This document shows positions 58,201 through 64,000 of a DNA stretch of 64,000 bases, one piece after another. The notes under the pieces were generated by a model that was not told the origin of the DNA, did not search any database, and saw only the letters and a program-made list of their open reading frames with translations. The stretch lies in the NCBI GenBank assembly GCA_052426225.1, contig JBNJNM010000012.1, positions 2,046,001 through 2,110,000 of the forward strand, given 5' to 3'. Positions within the stretch are counted from its first letter, which is position 1. Every line of letters begins with the position of its first letter. Origin of the DNA: Zancudomyces culisetae HAW-14-8 (taxonomy: Eukaryota > Fungi > Kickxellomycota). Made by a program: the position numbers and the translations under genes.

Positions 58201-61200
58201 GACAACAATATATGGTCGGAATCCGGCCAGATACACATGAAGAACTGAACAAAAAACACATCCTGATCATACGTATTTTCTCGTAACGACACCTCTCTAT
58301 AGTGGTGCGCCTGACTTCGAACAACATATCCATTGCGCACCCACAGTCCTGCCCGGATCTGTGCCATCAGCACTATCACCCGAATACAATAGTCTAGTAC
58401 CAGCAAAAGCGAAATCTGTGCTTCGTCCGTGTCAATTTTTTGTCCTCTCATTCCTTTATCTAGTTCTGCATGACTAAACGAAAATACCACTTCTCTAAGA
58501 TCCAAAAATCCCAGCTTTTGTGCCGATTCATTGCTTATGATATCAATATGTTGAAACAAGTTTGCTGCAAACCAGTGCAACGGGTGATGAAAGCTGACTG
58601 GTTTTTCGCTCACCTTGTACTTTACCATCAAGTATTCTTTCCCTGTGTGTGTATACTTGCTGTGTATGTATATAGGATTATAGCTCTGCTCTACAGTCAA
58701 TTCTGGTACCGACATATTTTGCATCACTGAAATATTATGGATAATGTATGATGTGTTTTCTTCTGCTGATAGCATTATTGCTTCTTCTATCTTCCGCAAT
58801 ACCCATCTAACCGCAAGTGCCAAATGTGCTGCCGAATCACCATAACAACTTGCAAACTGTCGGCAACTCTTTGCCACTTGTAGCGTCACATTAAACGCAT
58901 GCACCCAAGTATCATCCTCAAACTCCACATGTGTCTTTTGTGCCCTTATATTTGGACTCATACCTTGAAAAAGCCCTATAAACCCGAGATATGATTTGTA
59001 AAATCGCTTTTGCGCTGCCACCCAAGTCGGTACTGAATTTGCCGATGCCAAATACCTCATATCATGAAATATATGGAAATACCGCCGGTTTTTAAACGAC
59101 TCTGTGTTGCACAATATTATTCCGTGCTCCCTCATTTTCTTTGGTGTTGGCTTTACAAAAAACTTTTTCAACATTTTTAGAACTGTAAACAAAAACCCAT
59201 GGTCTCGAACCAGTGCCACTGAAAGTGTAGGCGCTGTAAATAACTGAACTGAAAACAGCAGCACCGAATGTTCTGGGTTTTGATCCTGACTTAAAAATGC
59301 CCTTGTCAACCGTGGATAATTGCGTCCAAATGCCACTGCCATGTCCATCTTGTAGTGTGGGTCCAACATCATCGATGCCATATACAACTCTCGCAACCCA
59401 CTGCGCACCTCCTTCCACAGATGCAAATCGACTATCAAAAACCAGTCCAATCGCGTTCGTATCTGTTTCTCACCTCTCACCCCCTTATCTTTTTCTCCCC
59501 ATCTTTTCCTACCCTTGGCTTCGTAGACACGCTCCATATTACCTCGTTGATAGCCCACCTCCTTAAACAGATTCCCGTGTTCGCTGATTTCCTCCAAACG
59601 CTCGAGTTGTCTTGGCAATAGTCCGCCTAGCACCTGATACTGTTCTACAGTATCTGTCACCAAGTTTCTATCTATTAGAGTATATTTTCCCTTGGTTATA
59701 TACCCTATTCTTGATTTTCTATCTACCATTCCTTTCCCATATACCGAAAGCCCCTGAATTTGCGTCTGCATATCTATACACATGTTTGATTTCGATTCTT
59801 GTCCATCGTTTGCTGTACTTCCTGCTTCTTTTTTTAGCTGCTTTCCATCACCCTCAACGTCTTCTCCTCCTCTCATGTTCTTGCCACCATCCCGCGTCTC
59901 GTACTCTTCATCATCCTCCTCCATATCATCCTCATCATCATCACTATCTTCTTCAGATCTTTCCAACCCAAATACCCCCTCCAAATAGAAACTCAAATGC
60001 CTGTTATTTTCCATCTCATCCCACGTGCTACTTAACTGTCTACATATTTCTGTCCTAATTTCTATATTCACATTTCCTTGACAGATCCTAACAAGCCCTC
60101 TAAATTTAAAGCATGCCAAATCTCGCAGCCATATTAACAACCCCGCTGCAAGTTGTTCCCTAAATACGTCTCTAGATGCACGTATTGACACATTCAGCGA
60201 AACTCTCTTCATAACTTCTGCAACCTTCATCAGTTTCTCCACCATCTCTGATACCGCCAACACCTCTCGACCATGGCTGTCCACACTTTTTACTATCACT
60301 TTGGCTGCCGCTAGCTCACATCCAAGCGCAACCTGTATCACATCTATTACATCTTGGAAACTATGTGTTTCATCATTCCACAACACTACCGAATATAAGT
60401 TCGATTCTTCTTGATCTCCCAATATATTTCTCATTTGAATCGAGTCTTCTATTATTTTTTTCTTTTTTAATTCGGCATCACTAATAACTGGTGACGTTGA
60501 AAAAGTGAGTAGCATAAAATCCAACACAGCCCGTATTGTACCTCGAACTGAACCTCTCAGTCTCTGCGGCACTTCCTGTCCATCATACCCTGGAATCCCC
60601 CTAATCCCACTTGAATGTATTATTGGCTCTATCCCTTCCCTTTCCAAGACCTCTATTGGTGTATGGTGCTTACACATTAGTTTATCTTTCCATGCTTCCT
60701 TATCCCCACAGTCGCAACAGCCTCCTGTCCCAGAGTTTATGCTAAACGATGTGTCATGATTTTCGTGGTTTGTCGCGTGAAAACACCTGGTACATAAAAC
60801 ACAAGTGTCATCAATTGCGCAGGTCCTATTTTATTTTTTCATATTCATATATCGTTAATTCATTTCAATCGAGTATACGTCAGTATCACAATCAAAGGAT
60901 ATAGACAAACAAAAAGAAACAAAAGCTCGTTGCTTGTTGCTCGTTTTGTTCATTTAAACTCCTTCGAACATTGGGTAATTTATAAAGCCTTCGAAAACTT
61001 ACTTGCATCTGTATACACCCTCTCCTCTTCTAAATACATGTCCACACAACTGCCCCCTCCTCACCTCCGTATATTCTATTAGCTCAATTTCCTCCTCTTG
61101 ATTTTCATCTCGTGGCGCACCTCCCGTATTTGCATCTATCACCACAAGTTTAGACAATCTTTCATCACACCCCAGCAGAAACCAGGTTGCTCTATTTAAA

Positions 61201-61319
61201 ATATCAAGCCTTGACTGTGGCCCAAAGAAGTAGTTGTATTTTTTTGGCGAATCATTTAATTCTCGGGTCAATTCGTTATATACATACTCCTCTACACTCT
61301 CTTGACTCAAAGTATCCAT
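52251..61319 (-). CDS. UBR1: N-end-rule E3 ubiquitin ligase UBR1; exons 61319-61003, 60825-52251 (~2963 aa)
   Basis: UBR box across the intron (CGHVFRRGEGVYRCK|TCAIDDTCVLC..CF...H..H...GGCCDCGD.EAW...C.HH), ClpS-like LWNDETHSF, AGLWVRNG, RING CIVC...CGH.MH..C...FLCPLC, C-terminal CLLCG and PYLDTHGEVDLGLKRGRPL. Confidence 0.96.
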
Positions 61320-64000
61320 ATTTTTTCCCCACTCTTTAACCCCTTTGCATTTAGTGAATTATTTTCTATTGTTTGCTTGTGTTCTAGATCTATATAGATA
61401 TACTTTATTTTTTAAGTTGCACGGAATTCTAAAGTTTTGCTATTTCTAGGTAAAAACAAATTTTAGCAAAGAAATGGGCTTTACTACTAATCTTAATAGC
61501 GCTGATTGCCCGTTTAATATCTCTGGGTAAGTGTCCAATATTCTTCCAACCTTTGTTCACTTGAAAATGAAAACGAATGCAAAATAATAAAGCAACGAAA
61601 AAAATCTTAAAAAAATAAATTAATAAACGCCAATTCGGGTCATTTATTGTATTTGATTATTAATATAGTTTGGTGTGTTTTTCCGCCAAAATCAACAAAC
61701 CCAGCTAACAAGTTGACGAGATTACCTTGACTTTGGCTAAGTCCTGGGGGCATTTGAAAATGGATTGTGATAAACGTAATCACGAATAACAGCGCATTTA
61801 GCTTTCACTTATAACACAATAAGCTATCGTTTTACAAAATAGTTGCCACTGTAGCAAAATACGAGTACACAAGTGTGAGTGAAAATCACAAAGTGTGTAA
61901 TTAAAAATAACACCAAAATCCACGCAGCCCCAGTATTTAGGCGCAAAAAGTGAACCCATTTTCCTCTTTTCCATTCACCAGCTTTTTTTTTTCTTTACTT
62001 TTTTTATTTTTTTTTTTGCAAGAACATGAAAATTGTTTTAATTTTCCCAAGTCATTAAGTAAATCAGCAATCTAGTCAGGTTTCTTTTTCTTGTTTGTTT
62101 TATCCTACCGGAACTGTGAGGCCTCGAGTAGTTTTACGTATTATATGCGTGGTTTAATTATCCTCGAACTTTACCCAACCTTCGAGTTATTCCTTTTTTT
62201 TTGTTCTTTAGCGGTATTGTTCTGTAATTCACATAATTCACACAGTTTGGACCCCTCACTCCGAAATCAAATAGGAGTATCAGTTTAGTGACACTAGAAA
62301 ATTACAACACCAATAGTCATCTCACTTGGCAAAAAGAAAAAGTTAAGAACCAAAAAGCAAAAAAAAATTTTGTTATTGCAGTTTTTCATCCGTGGATAAT
62401 GGTCAAATAGTAATATATATGTTAGAAATACCAATAGCAAAAATACCGGAAATATACGTGTATATGACTAAAAATGAGTTGGCTACATGGCCAAAGTTTT
62501 TACGCTATTTGGCTATTTCCTAAACCGGTTGATTAGGTTGGTCTAAAGATGTCCTCATTTTTAACAAACTTATAATACACCAACCTTAAATGTGAGACCA
62601 TTTTTGTCCATTTGACAGGTTCATGTATCCAGTCTGGTATTACATAAAATTAAAGAAAATCTTTTGAATGCTCCCAGCATTTACGCAAATCCATATATGC
62701 AATACATCTGACATTCACCCATCCCTCCTCCTCCAAGCACCAATATACCAAGTCCCTTGTTTGGGATTTATTGTGCAGCATCTATTGTTTATCAATATCT
62801 ATATAGCTGCCCTTGAACATCCAATGCTCATAAGGATATGGCTATACCAGCTATGCGATTTCGCTTTTGGGCTTATTTTCCTCCTCCACTGGGTAATAAA
62901 AACTATCCACACTAATACCAAGCACACTACTATGACATTTCCATCTGTAGTAAACATCACACAATCAGACTATCAGACTATCCCATTATCCATTATAAAT
63001 CAGGATGATCGTTAACTCACCAAGATTAGATTGTTAGTGGATACACATTTCTACATATACACTGTTCAGCCTCTCATCCAGACATGCTTGTGGTGAACCC
63101 ATACTTAGTTTTCTTTTTCTCATAACTGTTTCTGATGAGACATTCATACACATACAATAAAAGATTTTGTAATGTTAAAAGCATTATAACACCTTTCATA
63201 AACACTAGTATATCTCTTTTTGGCTATCCATTTCTTTAACGCTATGCTAGGAGTAAAATCTGTGTGCATGTATGTGTGCGCGTTCAAGGCCTAGGATTAT
63301 ATTCCTTTAACTACTCTGTTCTTCAAAAAGAAAAAGAAAAGATAAATAAGTACCCATTAGATTCAGATATTGTTGTTAAAAACAGCACATAGACTCTTTA
63401 TGTCTCAACTACAACACAGACACAAAAGAGATGTCGTCCCCTTGCCATTAGCTTTATACAGTATATTTAGTAAAAACATGCCATCAAACATAATACGAAT
63501 AAAAAATGCAATCTTAATTCGTGCTTTTTACTGATATATATTTGAGTTGTGTATGTCACTAGACTTTTTGACTCTTACCAACGCTTTTCTCGGTATAGTC
63601 TTTTCAACCCAATTCTACCTTTATAGTACCTTTATGTTGTTTTTTCTTCTCTTTTTTTATCAGAGAACGCATCTGTTCGTTTTTTATATTAATTTTAGCA
63701 ATAATCGATTATAATACCGATTTTTTACAGATAACAAAACAGATCAAGTTTAGATAAATCCACACAAAATAGCAGTTTTGTCCAAAACTTGTAGTAACCA
63801 TTCAACCATAAATACATCTCAAATCTCATATCCTAAAGTACAATACTATACTTTTATCCTTCACTCCGTCGCTCATAAAATTCTTCAAATCAAAAAAAGA
63901 ATCGTGGTGCAATGAATTCACGACTAGAAAGCGCCATAAAACTAAAGAGTTTTGCGAAGATTTGCAAAAGAAATGGTATGTTGATTTATCTTTTATAACA

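Noticed and set aside
39237-60759. Many 60-270 aa plus-strand ORFs
   Set aside because: All lie antisense to HEATR5, the mucin-like gene or UBR1 and show no recognisable motifs.

Overview
Gene-dense, AT-rich eukaryotic window with short GT-AG introns and the standard genetic code. The protein sequences look fungal, and the gene set (DDX21/50-type helicase, nuclear-encoded complex I 30-kDa subunit) suggests an early-diverging lineage such as Zoopagomycota/Harpellales; that placement is inference. Contents in order: DDX21-like DEAD-box helicase (runs off the window start), CWC25, a giant intronless TFIIIC B-block-binding subunit, NDUFS3, kynurenine 3-monooxygenase, a PRPP-synthetase-family protein with degenerate catalytic motifs, CDC40/PRP17, an 11-exon mRNA guanylyltransferase (CEG1) almost entirely missed by the ORF track, a 2-TM orphan, a tandem tRNA-Ala(TGC)/tRNA-Lys(CTT) pair separated by only 2 nt, aldose 1-epimerase, a PY-motif orphan, a giant HEATR5/Laa1, a secreted Ser/Thr-rich protein and a giant UBR1. 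I reconstructed exon structures by hand and checked them for frame. The most notable observations are the 2-nt-spaced dicistronic tRNA, the probable PRPS pseudoenzyme, 8-nt and 15-nt microexons, A-rich/AAG 3' splice sites, and systematic protein inflation by microsatellite-encoded dipeptide repeats. I found no intact mobile element, CRISPR array or rRNA.
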